From Octopus vulgaris (Eukaryota): a DNA stretch of 64,000 bases. The position numbers and the translations under genes are program-made. The DNA is taken from assembly GCA_951406725.2 (NCBI GenBank), contig OX597836.1, positions 9,114,001 to 9,178,000 on the forward strand, given 5' to 3'. Of the stretch, positions 40,855-55,682 are shown piece after piece (within the stretch, counting starts at the first letter, position 1; every line of letters begins with the position of its first letter). Under the pieces are notes generated by a model. That model saw only the letters and a list, made by a program, of their open reading frames with translations. It was not told where the DNA came from and did no database searches.

Positions 40855-41384
40855 TGTACACTGGTGAGACCCATATTGGAATACGGGATTCAAGCCTCTT
40901 CTCCTTATCTCCTCAAAGACATACATCATCTCGAAAGAGTCCAGAAGCTGGCTACCCGCATGGTTCTTGGTCTCAAGCATTTGTCTTATGAAGAAAGGCT
41001 GAAGACGCTCGACCTTTATTCTCTAGAAAAACGACGACGCCGTGGTGATCTCATTCTCGCTCACAACATCATAAGCGGAAAGTGTAACCTCTCGAAAGAG
41101 CTGTTCTTCACTCCTGCTCCAGAGCGTCGGCTGCGGGGTCATTCCGAAAAGCTCTATCTGCGACGATTTCATCTCAATCGAAGGAGAGGGGCTTTCTCCG
41201 TCCGGGTTGCGGATCCGTGGAACAAGCTACCGGACGAGATAGTGAAGATGCCGACGACCGCTCGGTTCAAAGTCTCCCTTGACCACAAATGGCCTGAACT
41301 CTTTGCAAAGAACACCACCCTGTACATAACTCCATGTCCCCCTACATGGCCTTGCTTTTTGAGCCAAAAAATTAACTTAACTTA

Positions 41385-41386
<2 letters not shown>
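40855..41386 (+). mobile_element. 5'-truncated CR1-group LINE
   Basis: TLVRPILEYG..LERVQKLATRMV..SYEERLKTLDLYSLEKRRRRGDLI..LRGH..FSVRVADPWNKLP, with a (TTAAC)n tail. Confidence 0.92.
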
Positions 41387-41442
<56 letters not shown>

Positions 41443-42072
41443 GTGTGTGTACCTTTGTGTCTATCCTCCACCGCTATTTGTCAACCGGTATTTGTGTGTC
41501 TACGTCCCCGTAACTTAGCGGTTCGGCAAAAGCGACGGACAATAAATACCAGGCTTAGCAAAAAAAAAAGAGAATTAAATACTGGAGTCGATTTCTTTCG
41601 ACTAAAAATTCTTCAAGGCGGTGCCCCAGCATGGTCGCTGTCCAATGACTGAAACAAGATAAAAGACAAGAAACAGCCAGAATTATGATTTCTATATTTC
41701 GCTATCAAACAGACCCGACTGACCCCTTTTTCCCATCCTGTCACCGAGAGGAGAATCCCCAATGCAATTACAATGTCAACTCTTCCTCCCAAGAATTCCT
41801 TCGCTTATTCATAGGGTCACGGTTGGATTAACAAACCGTGACAAAAACTTCAAATGGAAATTTGAACACCAAACCCACCCCCACGAGGCCTCTCCCTCTC
41901 CCCCTCTCTCTCTCTCTCTCTCTCTCTCCCTCTCTTCCACCCACCTGCAATCAAACTTTCCGGACTTCCACTCAACGAAGATAATAAGCGGCTGCGACCA
42001 CCGCCCATCTAATGTAGTAGGTGTGTGTTTTCGCGCGCGCGTGCGCCCATATGTGTGTGTGTGTGTGTATGT

Positions 42073-42109
<37 letters not shown>

Positions 42110-43016
42110 TGTGTGAACCGAGCATTGTGTTTGTTTGGGTTCTTTTTCCTTTTTTTTCTTCTTTTTTCTTTTTTTTTTTTTTGTTTCGTCCTCTCAAGTT
42201 ACATTTTAAGTTTGCCGCTCGTCTATTTTGAACACCTAATGAATCAGAGAAGTGAGAACTGAGACCGGAAACCTGGCCCTGTAGTAGTTGCTGATTCATT
42301 TACCTTCTAGCACTGCTGAGTCACTGCCGTCACCCGGTGATTAGGGCCGGGAGTTCGAATCCTCGGACGACATCGTTTCCACCACAGCATTGTCCTTTTT
42401 TTATTTTATTGTTTTATCCTTTTACTTGATTCAGTCAGTAGAATGCAGCCATGCTAGGGCACTACCTTGAGAAGCTGTAATCGAACAAATCGACCCTAGT
42501 TTTAAACCTGGTATCGATCTCTCTTTCTGCCGAACCTCTAAGTTACGGGAGACGTAAACACTTTAGCACCGGTTGTAAAGCGATGGCGAGAGACAAACAC
42601 ACACTCACTTATATATATATATATGTGTGTGTGTGTATACTGCATATATATATATATATATATATATACTTGGCTGACAAAGAATAAATCCTGGGGTCGA
42701 TTTTGATCGACTAAAAGGCTGTGCTCCAGCATGGCCGCAGTCAAAATGACTGAAACAAGTAAAAGAATAAAAGCGTGTGTGTGTTTGTGTACACATTTGT
42801 CTTGGCTATAACTTCAAACTGCATCCGGTTGTGGGACCCTTATACGGGGTTTCCAGGGTCTTGAGGAGTGCAGAACCCTCTCCTGACCACTATTGTTCCC
42901 AGGTTTACACTGACTCTCAGTAGTGGTTCCTGTTAGGGCTCCAGCTGTGGGTTAACTGCCATACGACTGACTGGGAATGAAGGACCTCTAGTTCTCATAA
43001 GAACTTCCTTTTAGGA

Positions 43017-43611
43017 CAGTGGTTTTCAACTGGGGTCCATATGACCCTTGGAGGTCCATATAAGGTTTTATGGGTTCACGCAACAAAATAGTAAATTGGG
43101 GATCCACAATAATATTTTAAGGTCCCATGAAGACCTTTTATTTCATATGTATTGTAAGAAACAACTAGGTGCAATTCTCTAACATTTTACATAGTTCAAC
43201 CAACACAAGTTAATGTGAAGAGAACGAAATAGGAATTTTGAAAGAAGTTTCTGTAAAACTAGTTTCTAAAAATCGAATGGTTATGAGAATCCACCAGAAT
43301 AAAATAGATATCAAAGGGGATCCACACAAGTAAAATAGTAAATTGGGGATCCACAATATTATTCTAAGGGCCCCTGAAAAGATTTAGAAGTATGTAATTG
43401 GTATGTATTACAAGAAACAGTTGGGTTTCTTTCTCTAACATTTAACATAGTTCAACCTACACAAGTGAACGTGTGAAAAACAAAATAGGAATTTTGAAAG
43501 AAATTTCTATAAAACAAGTTTTTAAACATCGCATGGCTATGGGAGTTCACCAGAATAAAACAATAATTAAAGGGGTCCATAGATAAAAAAAAAAATGGTT
43601 GAGAGACCCTT
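43017..43611. mobile_element. hAT-type MITE with an internal ~250-bp duplication
   Basis: CAGTGGTTTTCAAC start, GGTTGAGAGACCC end, TSD-like TTTTAGGA / TTCTAGGA. Confidence 0.7.
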
Positions 43612-43868
43612 TTCTAGGAGAAGGTAAATTCGTACGAAAAAATAAAACTGGAAGTGCCGTTGATTTCTGGTCGTCTAAACGTTTATTGTGTCGTAGGTTT
43701 TATAGCTGCGTTAAGGGTGCACGTTAAGGGTGCGCGTATCTGTGGAGTGCTCAGCCACTTGCACGGTAATTTCACGAGCAAGCTGTTCCGTTGATCGTAT
43801 CAGCTGGGATCCACGTTGTCGTAACCGACGAAGTCCTGCATACACACACACACACACACACACACACG

Positions 43869-43977
<109 letters not shown>

Positions 43978-43978
43978 G

Positions 43979-44228
43979 TGTGGAGGCGTGTGGCTTAGTG
44001 GTTAGGGTGTCAGCACCATGATCGTAAGATTGTGGTTTCGAATCCTAGAACGGGCGACGCGTTGTGTTCTTGAGCAAAACACTTCATTTCACATTGCTCC
44101 AGTCCACTCAGCTGGCAAAAATGGGTAAAGCTGCGATGGACTGGGGTCCCGTCCAGCTGGGGAACACATACGCCATAGAAACCGGGAAACCGGGCCCATG
44201 AGCCTGGCGAGGCTTTAAAAGGGCGCAT
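43979..44228 (+). mobile_element. CORE-type SINE (family C head) with the tail seen at 4490
   Basis: A and B boxes, TTGAGCAAAACACTT, tail CCGGGAAACCGGGCCCATGAGCCTGG. Confidence 0.85.
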
Positions 44229-44940
44229 TTATTTTATTATTACATATCACGTAGGGCAGAGTATGTTAGGCACAGGCATGGCTGTATGGTTATGAAACAC
44301 GCTTTGCAACTACATGGCTCCGGATTCAATTTCACTGCGTGGCAGCTCCCGCGAGTGTCTTCTACTCTAGCCCAGGGTCGACCAATGCCTTGTCTGCGTT
44401 TTCGAGGCGCTGGTTGCGGTTGTGGAAAATAAGGACGTAGTACAACCTAACTTTGAGTAGCAGGTCGATACCTTGAGCTGTTCCTCATTGTATTTGTTAG
44501 TTCTCTCTAAACACAGCATATGCAACTCATCCCCGCACACCATCTACCCGTTCGATCCTACATTGCTGAGAGACACAACCTTATTGGTATGTGATCTCTT
44601 TCTTGTTAGGTGTCAGGACCTTACGCTTCACGCCGTTTAATTTCATGACCCCGTTTTATTTACATGTTCCGTCTACCTGTGTAGTGGAAAGATCAATTGG
44701 TCAACGAAATGCTTAGCGGTATTTCGTCTGTCTTTACGTTCTGAGTTCAAATTCCGCCGAGGTCGACTTTGCCTTTCATCCTTTCGGGGTCGATAAATCA
44801 AGTACCAGTTGCGTACTGGGGTCGATCTAATCGACTGGCCCCCTGCCCAAAAATTTCGGGCTTTGTGCTTAGAGTAGAAAAGAATTGGTCAACGACCGTA
44901 GCTATTGCGGTTATGCCGGCAGTATATCTAATATGGATGA

Positions 44941-44971
<31 letters not shown>

Positions 44972-44984
44972 GAGAGACAGAGAC

Positions 44985-45055
<71 letters not shown>

Positions 45056-45198
45056 GAGTAGCAAATTTTCCCCCGAATCGTGAAGGCGCTTGGGCTAGTG
45101 GTTAGGGTAATCGGCTCATGATCGCAAGGCTGTGAGTTCGATTCCTGGCGGCACATTATGTCCTTGAGCAAGACACTTCATTTCACGTTGCTCCAGTC

Positions 45199-45399
45199 CA
45201 GTGGTTTTCAACCAGGGTTCCGCCAGCACAGTCCAGGGGTTCCGCAAGAAGTTACAAAACTGCTAAAATCGGCAGTAATTTTTAATTCTCCTGTGCAGAT
45301 ATGTGTGCATGAGACAATTAAATTATTGCACAGGGGTTCCTCGAGCCAGTGGAATGCTTCCTTGGGGTTCCGCTCCAGCAAAACGTTTGAAAAGCACTG
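45199..45399. mobile_element. hAT MITE nested in a family C SINE (45080-45470)
   Basis: TIRs CAGTGGTTTTCAA / TTGAAAAGCACTG. Perfect 8-bp TSD CTCCAGTC. Confidence 0.9.
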
Positions 45400-46064
45400 C
45401 TCCAGTCCATTCAACTGGCGAAAATGAGTTGTACCTGTAATTCACAAGGGCAAGCCTTGTCACACACTGTCTTTTATTTTCTACGTGCTTCTGTCATTTG
45501 ACTGTGGCCATGCTGGGGCACCGCCTTGAGGAATTTTAAGTCAAATTAATTGACGCCATGACGGTTTTTCTTTTTGTTGTTGTTTTGTTTTTTTAAAAGC
45601 CGATACTTATTTTATTGATCTTTTTTGCTGAATAGCTAAGTCATGGGGACACAAACACACCAACACTGGTTGTCAACCGGTGGTGAAGGACAAACATACA
45701 CACACACACACACACACACATACACACACACACACACACACATACACCAGATGTATTAAAAATAGATTTTTTTGTAATAGAAATCGGTTTAGCAACTTAT
45801 TTGGCGAGGGTGGGGTGGGGGGGGGTTAACTAATTCTTTGAGTCATCCTGTATTTGTAATAATGCTGAAGGATGTGACAAAGTGTTGAGGCGGTGGAGCA
45901 GCGTGGTGATGCGATGTGGTGTTTGGCGTGGTGAATTGGTGCAGCGGTGCTAGTGGAGAGTGGGGGGTGGATGGGTGGATGGGTGGATGGGTGGAGTAAC
46001 GAACGGGATGAATGAATAGGTGGGGCGGATGAGGTGAATGGGTGTAATGCATGGGTGATGTTCC

Positions 46065-47480
46065 AGCGTGGTGGTGGCGGTGGTGGACGTGGTGGTGGTG
46101 GTGGTGGTGGTGGTGGTCGGGATGGTGGTGGTGGTGGACGTGGTGGTGGACGTGGTGGTGGTGGTGGTGGTGGTGGACGTGGTGGCAGTGACGGTGATAT
46201 GGGTGGTGGTGATGGTGGTATGAGGGTCGTGAAGGTGGTGGTGGTGGTGTTGGTGGTGGTGGTGTTGGTGGTGGTGTTGGTGGTGGTGTTGGTGGTGGTG
46301 TTGGTGGTGGTGGTGGTGGTGGTGGTGGTGGTGGTGGTGGTGGTGGTGGTGGTGGTGGTGGTGGGTGGTGGCGGTGGTGCTGGTGGTGCTGGTGGTGGAC
46401 GTGGTGGTGGTGACAGTGTTGGAGGTGGTGACAGTGGTGGTGGCCGTCGTGGAAGTGGTGGTGGTGATGGCGACAGTGTTGGAGGTAGTGCTGGTGGTGG
46501 TGGTGGCGGCGTCAGCGGTAAGTCGTCGTCGTCGTCATTGCGATGGTGGTGATGTTGATGGTGATGATGATCCTCGTAGTGGCGACGGTGGCGGCGGCGC
46601 TGTATGGGCGTGGACGGGTGGAGAGACGGGATGAATGGGTGAAGGGGGATAGGAAACATACCACAGTGGTGATGGTCGCGGTGGTGGCGGAGCTTTTGTA
46701 GTTGCTGTCGTTTAACCCTAGGCCAGTTTAATGAAGCAGAACTATGGTCGATCAAAGACATTCCAACTGTGGTGACCATCATCATTCCGTCTAATTGCAG
46801 CGTGACCCGATCGATGCCAGGAACGACGAGTCCCTTTTTGATATAATAGCTGTGTATGGTTTGAAGGGATTTAATTACTATTTCTAGCACGTTAAGCAGC
46901 TACATGGGGGGGGGGTCCCACATTGGCGTGTGGTAGTAATAGTAGTAGTGACGGTAGTGCTAGAAGTGGTGCTGGTGGGGGTTGTGGTGGTGATAGTAAT
47001 AATGGTGGTGGTGATAGTGGTGGTGCTGGCGGTAGTGGTGATAGTGGTGGTATGGGTGGTGTTGATGGTGGTATGAGGGTCGTGAAGGTGGTGGTGGTGG
47101 TGGTGGTGATAGTAGTGGTGGCGGTAGTGGTGATGGTGGTACGGGTGGCGGTGACAGTGATACGGGTGGTGGTGATGGTGGTATGAGGGTCGTGAGGTGG
47201 TGGTGCTGGTGATAGTGGTGGTGGTGGTGGTGGTGATAATAGTGGTAATGGTGGTAGGGTGGCGGTGACGGTGATACGGGGTTCGTGAAGGTGGTGGTGG
47301 TGGTGGCGTTGGTGGTGATGGTGGTCGTGGTGGTGGTGGTGGTCGTGGCGGCGGCGGTGGTGAAGTGGTGGTGGTGGTCGTGGCGGCGGCGGTGGTGAAG
47401 TGGTGGTGGTGGTCGTGGCGGCGGCGGTGGTGCTAGTGGCGGCAATGATGGTGGTGGCCATGCTGGTGGGGGTGTGGATG
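46065..47480. repeat. Degenerate (GGT)n domain with internal re-duplications, split by ~46600-46920
   Basis: GATGGTGGTATGAGGGTCGTGA occurs three times. Confidence 0.85.
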
Positions 47481-47566
47481 TCACCAGGACGGGTTTGACG
47501 GTGCTGCTTTGACATCAGCGAAGCAATGCGGCGGGGCGGTGTCTAGCATTTTTGCGATGGATTGCA

Positions 47567-47618
<52 letters not shown>

Positions 47619-47968
47619 ATAACAGCGAAAGTAGCAACCATTAATGTGCGAAAACTAAAAAATAAAAAAATAAAAATAAAAATAAAAAAATAAACGACCA
47701 AACAGAAAGACCAAAAAAACAAAATGCCAAAACCAATAAAGGACCAAAAAAAAAGGCAAGAAACGCCATTAATATGGCGTATATGGAGCAAAGTTCCAGT
47801 TCAGTGAATTTCAGTTGATCTTCTGCAATTATTTCCGAGTCTGCTCGGCGTCCAGCGATCTGATTAAATCAATGTTTAATACTGTATTGGTGGCCTGCTG
47901 CAAGACAATGAGTCTGGTCTACGTATTTTATACACACACACATATGTAGGTGTATATATATATGTATA

Positions 47969-48076
<108 letters not shown>

Positions 48077-48456
48077 ATATGAATGTATGTATGTGTTAAA
48101 TATAGTTGTGTGTGCGTGTGTGATACGGTGGTGCCCTTCCTGTGCAATGCAATATGGTGCAACAGAGGGGAAAGTGCATAGCAAAAGGTGACAAATCTGT
48201 GAATTATTGATTGCAACATATGTCTTTCACAGACTTCCATATTTTCTCTCACTCCCTCTCGCCATATATGTGTGCGTATATGTGTGTGTATATATATATA
48301 TATATACATAGGCGCGTACACACGTATGTACATGCATTACGCGCATATAATATAAATAATATATATATGTGTGTGTGTGTGTACGTATGTGTGTGTGTGT
48401 GCATATATATATATTTACATATAAACATATATGTATATATATGTTTATACGTGAGT

Positions 48457-48506
<50 letters not shown>

Positions 48507-48643
48507 GCATATATACATATATATATATTTATATGTACATTTCTATATGGATATGTATATATAAGTGGATATATGTACATAATATACATATCATGTATGT
48601 ATATATATATCATATGTATATATATATATATACGTGCACATAT

Positions 48644-48688
<45 letters not shown>

Positions 48689-49539
48689 CATATCCATACA
48701 AATATGCATATATTTGTACATACATATATTCATAATACATATATATATATACGTGGGTATATGTACCTTTACATATGTATATACACACATACCTACCTAC
48801 TTACCTACCCACCTACACACCTACACACACACACACACACAGAAACGAGATTTTCTTCGTCGAGTTCCGGGAATGATGTCACATTATATTTTCGTCCCCA
48901 GCATTGCCTTTTCATTGCTATGACGATGGTTGTGGCGGTGGCAATGGTATTGTTGGTGCAGGCGATTTTGATGGTGGTGGTGGTGGTGGTGGTGGTGGTG
49001 GTGGTGATGTTGATTGAGATGATGTTGATGGTGATGGTGATGGGGACGATGATGGTGGTGGTTGGCGATGCACGTAGGAAAGCAGGGTGTAAGGGTCGAT
49101 TGCTTTCGTGTCCTTTTTAAACCAACACCCCCACCCCACCCCCTTAAAACCTTCTTCCATAAACGCTTCAGTTGACCACCACCACTACTACCACCATCCC
49201 CACCACCACCACCATCATCGTAATCGTCGTCATAGTCATAATGAGTGAGGATCACCATTATGATCGTCATCATCATCATCATCAAAATAATAATAATAAT
49301 AATTTTTCCTACTATAGGGACAATGCCAGAAATTTTGCGGGGAGGCGGAGTAAGTTGATTGCGTCGACCCCAGTGTTCAACTGGTACTTATTTCATCAAC
49401 CTTGAAAGGATGAAAGGCAAAGTGAACCTCGACGGAATTTCAACTCAGGACGTAACGTGAAGACAGACGAAATGCCGCTAAGCGTTTCGTCCGGCGAGCT
49501 GACGATGACAACGACCAGGCCGCAATTATCTGTTATATG

Positions 49540-50005
49540 CCTGTTCAAACTGACAAAGAAATAAAGGCTAATCGGCCAGACATAATAACCAAAGATTAGG
49601 GTGGGGAAAAAATACTTGCTTACTGATAGACATTGCAGTCCCTTCTGATCAAAATATATTGTCCAAAACGAAGTTGAGAAATTGTCGAAGAGCAAAGACC
49701 TTGAAATTGGAGTATTCAAGATGTGGGGCATGAAGGTGAAAACAATACCAGTAATAAGTGGAGCAATAAGTGGATACAGGCATCCAGCGACAGGACCTCC
49801 GTAATGCCTTGATGAACCGTGAAGTCTGGCGTAGCATAGTAAATTCCATTGTCTTGACAACAGTCGAACAATGATGATGATGGAGCACTGAGCAAAATAA
49901 AAAAAACCATATGAACAAAAACGTAGAAGTTATACCTGGATCTTCAACACTATCCACTATCCAAAAAGTAGCCCTGCTAGGAACAGCCCACAAAATGCTT
50001 GGCGC
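49540..50005 (+). pseudogene. Decayed restriction-like endonuclease C-terminus of an R4/Dong-like LINE
   Basis: PVQTDKEIKANRPDII..CLLIDIAVPSDQNI..EVEKLSKSKDLEI..MWGMKVKTIPVISGA..IQKVALLGTAH. Confidence 0.82.
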
Positions 50006-50189
50006 CATTACCTCTGTCTTTACGTTCTGAGTTCAAATTTCACTGCGGTCAAAAAGCCTAAAAACAATTCAGCACATTGCTGCAGAAGAGGTGTCTGAGA
50101 GAAAGAGAGAGACCAACAGTCGACCGAGGTAAGCCATGTCTCCACATTGCTTCTCTGCTGTTTGTTTGTTCCTTCTCGAACCACACCTG

Positions 50190-50467
50190 GCTCATAAAGG
50201 CCTGTTTCCTGGTTTCCTTGGTGCATAGGTTCCCCACCTGGACAGGACACCGGTTCGTCGCAGGGTGAGCTGCAAGATGCAGGAAAAAAGAGTGAGAGAA
50301 AGTTGTGGCGAAAGAGTCAGCAGAAGTTCGCCATTACCTTCTGCCGGAGCCGCGTGGAGCTTAGGTGTTTTCACTCATAAACACATACATCGCCCGGTCT
50401 GAGATTCGAACCCGCGATCCCTCGACCGCGAATCTGCTGCTCTAACCACTAGGCCATGTGCCTCCAC
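50190..50467 (-). mobile_element. SINE, B-related head with another tail
   Basis: AAAACACCTAAGCTCCACGCGGCTCCGGCAG body on the minus strand. Confidence 0.75.
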
Positions 50468-50899
50468 CTTCTGTGCTGAGTGCTTCTGAAGCCCGCGAAG
50501 GCTTGGTTTTGTAGAGATCTGAACCCCAACCACAAATTTAACAGTTCACGATCACGAGTAAACCCCATTGAGTCACATCAGTTTCACATGAACAACCTAA
50601 ATATCAACCAATCAGTTCTGAAGCCATGGCATAAACAGCATCTCGAATATTCTTGAGATTCGCGCCCTTTTTCCATAATCAAGCAGTTTGGCCCCTAAAT
50701 CAGAGCAAAGCTTTGTTGGCATTCAAGCAGGGCAGATCTCGGCTCTCATCCAACAAACCAAGAAAAGAACTTTAACAAGTTGCAACGAACGGACTCACAC
50801 CTTTGGCCTCTCACCTTTGCGAAACTAATGGCCGAGTAATTAAGTCAATTCCTACATACCATTCTTGAGAATTTTGATAATTTATGTATGATACATGCA

Positions 50900-51290
50900 A
50901 GACAAGCTTGCTTCCCAACCACATGGTTCCGGGTTCAGTCCCACTGTATGACACCTTGGGCAAGTTTCTTCTATTACAGGATCGAGTCGATCAAAGCCGC
51001 GTGAGTGGATTTGGTAGGCGGAAACTGAAAGAAGCCTGTCGTATATATGTGTGAGTGTGTGTGTGTATGTACGTGTGTGTGTGTGTGTGTGTGTCTTTAC
51101 GTTTGTCCTCCACCACCGCTCGGCAACTGGTAGTGGTGTGTTTACGTCCCCGGAACTTAGCGGTTCGGCAAAAGAGACCTATAGATTAAGTACTAGGCTT
51201 AATAAAATTAGTCCTGGACTCGATTTGTTCGACTAAAATCCTTCAAGGCGGTGCTCCAGCATGGCCCCAGTCATATGACTGTCGCAAGGA
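50900..51290 (+). mobile_element. SINE family D
   Basis: Bipartite layout with an internal (GT)n. Confidence 0.8.
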
Positions 51291-51654
51291 AAAAGGAAAT
51301 CTCATAATAAAATACTGTTGTTAAACGTCCACGTGTTTGCTTTTGCTGCGATATACGCAGCCAGCCTGATCTCTCGTCCGATTAATAACGATTCAACATC
51401 AAGCTTTCTCTCGACAACTTGACCCCGCAAAAATGGTGACTCAACGAAGAAACGCCTACACTGACCAATCTCGCGACACTTCCGAAAATGAACCGCGAAA
51501 CAATTAAGACAATACGAGGCAGATTTCAGGAAAAGGTTGATCGGGAGCGAACCAGCGACTAAGCGGCTCGGTTGATCTTTCGCCCCCCCCCTCCCTACTC
51601 CTGGCTTCGACGATCGATTTGCACGTCAAAGGCGTTCCCGACTTCCACAAGGGT

Positions 51655-52520
51655 TTCTTCTATCTTCATCCGTCGCAGTCGACGATGACCAAGGACATCA
51701 TATAGGAGAAGAAGATGAGACACGGTGTGTCCGGTTATGGCCAACCAGTCCAAAAAAAAAAAAATGCGGCGGGCGAAATGCGTAGCCGTATTTCGTCTGC
51801 CGTTACGTTCTGAGTTCAAATTCCGGTGAGATCGACTTTACCTTTCATCCTTTCGGGGTCGATAAATTAAGTACCAGTTACGCACTGGAGTCGATGCAAT
51901 CGACTTAATCCGTTTGTCTGTCCTTGTTTGTCCTCTTTGTGTTTAGTCCCTTGTGAGTAGTAAAGAAATAGGTATTTCGTCTGCCGCTACGTTCTGAGTT
52001 CAAATTCCGCCGAGGTCGACTTTGCCTTTTATCCTTTCGGGGTCGATTAAATAAGTACCAGTTACGCACTGGGGTCGATGCAATCGACTTAATCCGTTTG
52101 TCTGTCCTTGTTTGTCTCCTCTGTGTTTAGCCCCTTGTGGGTAGTAAAGAAATATGTATTTTGTCTGCCGTTACGTTCTGGATGCAAATTCCACCGAGGT
52201 CGACTTTGGCTTTCATCCTTTCGGGGTCGATTAAATAAATACCAGTTACGAACTGAGGTCGATATAATCGACTTAATACCTATGTCTGTCCTTGTTTGTC
52301 CTCTCTGCGTTTAGCTTTTTGTGGGCAGTAAAGAAATAGGTCTGGCCCTGGTGGTCTGTTGGGGCTGGAGGTGAGGAGTTAGCTCTGGGCTTGCGTAGTT
52401 CATGCTTACTTTGTGCCCTTGGAGTTCTGTTCTGCTCGTAGGTGGTGGCACCTCTGCTGGTGCAGCTTCGCCAGGTAGGGCGGTCTTGCGCTTGTGTTTC
52501 GCAGGTGTCCAGATTGATCA
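51655..52520 (-). mobile_element. RTE-BovB-like LINE 3' end split by a SINE A multimer
   Basis: INLDTCETQAQDRPTWRS..(52340-52520), resuming GLVGHNRTHR and 3'UTR (51655-51751). Confidence 0.72.
51769..52340 (+). mobile_element. SINE family A trimer, 5'-truncated
   Basis: Three ~184-bp units. Confidence 0.9.
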
Positions 52521-52820
52521 TGGTCGAGGTTCGTATGTGTGTATTAATGACGTCTAGCCCAACTCTTGCAGCTCTATCCAACAAAGTCCAGACACGGCCA
52601 ACATCACAGACATAGCTGAGCCGTCACCCGTGATCGAATAAGACCTGGTGGCTTCGACCATGCTTTGACTGAATTGTTTTAGGTGCTTATATAGCCAAGC
52701 AGACAGAGATACCTTTTCGCTCCTCACACCCTTGAATCAGCGGAACATCGAGATGGGACGACCAGAAGGAAGCAAAGCCAATATTCTCCGAACATTTCCA
52801 CATGCTTCTCAGCCAATGTT

Positions 52821-52913
<93 letters not shown>

Positions 52914-53087
52914 ATGTGCGAGTGTGTATACAAACACGCATCAATATTACATATTATTTTTGTTATATAATGTATTATATATATATATATATAATTACGG
53001 AGATGTACTTGCATAGCAAGTGACCTGGTCTGAGATCGTGTGCTGGAACGAAACACCTTCCACACTGCAATTATATATATAATGTAT

Positions 53088-53118
<31 letters not shown>

Positions 53119-53208
53119 AATATGTACGTCTATAAATCTATGTATGCATATTTGTATGTGTGCATGTGTGAACATACATACATACATACATACATACATA
53201 GAGGGATG

Positions 53209-53317
<109 letters not shown>

Positions 53318-53977
53318 TACCAACAATCGATTCGTACTCATATTGAGTCGAGTAAGACCCACGTGAAACGAGGTGCCTTTCACAACTTGCTGCTCGATCT
53401 AGGAATCGAACCTACAGCCTGATGATCATGAACCGAGCATCCTAACCACTCGACCATACGACTTCACACCAAGAAGAAAATATATAATGATATAAAAAAA
53501 AATAAACATAAAACAAACTATCGGTTCCAACTGGAAGGATACTGCACCGTCAAACCCTTAATTTGGAACAATAGTCGCAGACACAGTTGAATGGATCGAG
53601 AAATTGATAGAATTTTACATTGGATTGTACTTAAGAGAGAATCTTGTCCACTAATTAACTCTGGCTTATATTAAACGCCTTTTGATTATGTCCGAAGTAC
53701 AGGAAATCTCTGTAATGCAGGAATTCATCTCGAGGATTCTATTCCCAGACGATGTTTCGAAAAGTAGCAAGCTGAAAGTATTCTTCTCTGAACATCTCTA
53801 CAAGCTCCCTGATTAATGTATGTGCACGTGTGTGTGAGAGAGAGAGAGAGAGTGTGCGTGTGTGTACAAACACACACACACACACATATAATTATATAAA
53901 TTATATGTTACATAATATGTATATCTTTGGCTGTTTGTGTGCGAATGGATAATTATGTTTGTATGTATATATGTATG

Positions 53978-54054
<77 letters not shown>

Positions 54055-54254
54055 AGACAGACAGACAGACAGGCAGGCAGGCAGGCAGGCAGACAGACGG
54101 GCAAGCACAAAGATAGAAAGATAGATAATGTGTACATAAATAAACATATACGCATGTATATATATATATACATATATATGTGTGTATATATATGCATGTA
54201 ATATATATGTGTGCGTGTGTGTGTGTGTGTAGACAGACAGACAGACAGACAGAC

Positions 54255-54314
<60 letters not shown>

Positions 54315-54814
54315 GTGATGGATGGATGGATGGATGGATGGATGGATGGATGGATGCATGGTTGGTTGGATTGATGGAAGAACGGAGGGAAGGATTGATT
54401 GTTGGATTCATCGATCGATCGATCGATCAATGAATGTGTATATGTAAATGATTGCGTGTGTGTGTGCGGATGATTGGTAATTGATGCAATAAACCCAATG
54501 AAATGGTTTCCCATAGATATTGATTGGGTGTGGAGGGAGGAAGAGGAAGAGGAAGGAAAGGGTTGGAGGGGAGGAGGAGGAGAAAAGGAAAGAAAAGAAG
54601 AAGAAGAAGAAGAAGAAGAAGAAGAAGAAGAAGAAGAAGAAGAAGAAGAAGAAGAAAAGTGGAAGAGGAAGTGGGGGAGGAAGAGGAGGAAGGGACAATC
54701 AGAGAATAAAAAGATGATGTGTGGATTTTGAGAACCTAACCTTGCGAGTGAGTTTTTGTATCTTTTCATCTCTGAAAGAGAAGGGACGGATTGGTTTTAT
54801 AAACTGTACGTGTG

Positions 54815-54887
<73 letters not shown>

Positions 54888-55033
54888 ACATGTATGGGAT
54901 GGGGGGAAGAGAGAGAGAGAGAAAGTGTTGTGTGTGTATGTGTGGAGAGAGAGAGAGAGAGAGAGAAGAGGATGAGGGGGATTAGAAGAAAGTGTAAATG
55001 AGATAGATCGATCTATCGACCGACCGACCGACC

Positions 55034-55212
<179 letters not shown>

Positions 55213-55682
55213 GGTAGTTGATCAAGAGTGACAGCTAGAAAAGTGATCGAGTTATCTACACAAAAAAACGAAAGAGAGACAAAGCTAACGAAAAACAAAC
55301 AATCCATAGACTATGGAAGATTTCCCTATCAACTCTCCAATCCTTAATACATCAATGTAAGGTATACTAGCCATGAGATTTATTATTCCTTAATACATCG
55401 CCGTCTCGAAATTACATCGACAAATACATGAGTATTCTCGACTCTTGAAATTAGCAGAAACCTATCGTAAGGAACCAAATAATTTGAATGTAAGCTTAGA
55501 CGACTAACCTTGTCAATGTTAGCAAAATGCGATAACTTGGTGTACTGAGAGAAGTGGTGTGTGCTTGCCTTTTGTTTCGAGCAAAACGCTTCATTTCTCA
55601 AAATTCTCTGAAGAAGTGTTTTCTCTGCCCGAAATATTAGAACTCACCGCTCATAAGCGTACACCAACTCATATTTTATAGA

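Noticed and set aside
45826-47515. Long Pro/Thr/His- or Gly/Val-rich ORFs (354, 207, 172 aa)
   Set aside because: They are translations of degenerate (GGT)n, open in several frames on both strands, and include a dispersed-repeat fragment. No domain is recognisable.
51300-51650. CpG-rich stretch as a promoter or exon
   Set aside because: Only short motifs (CCAAT, TCTCGCGA) and no convincing ORF. The adjacent part is RTE 3'UTR.
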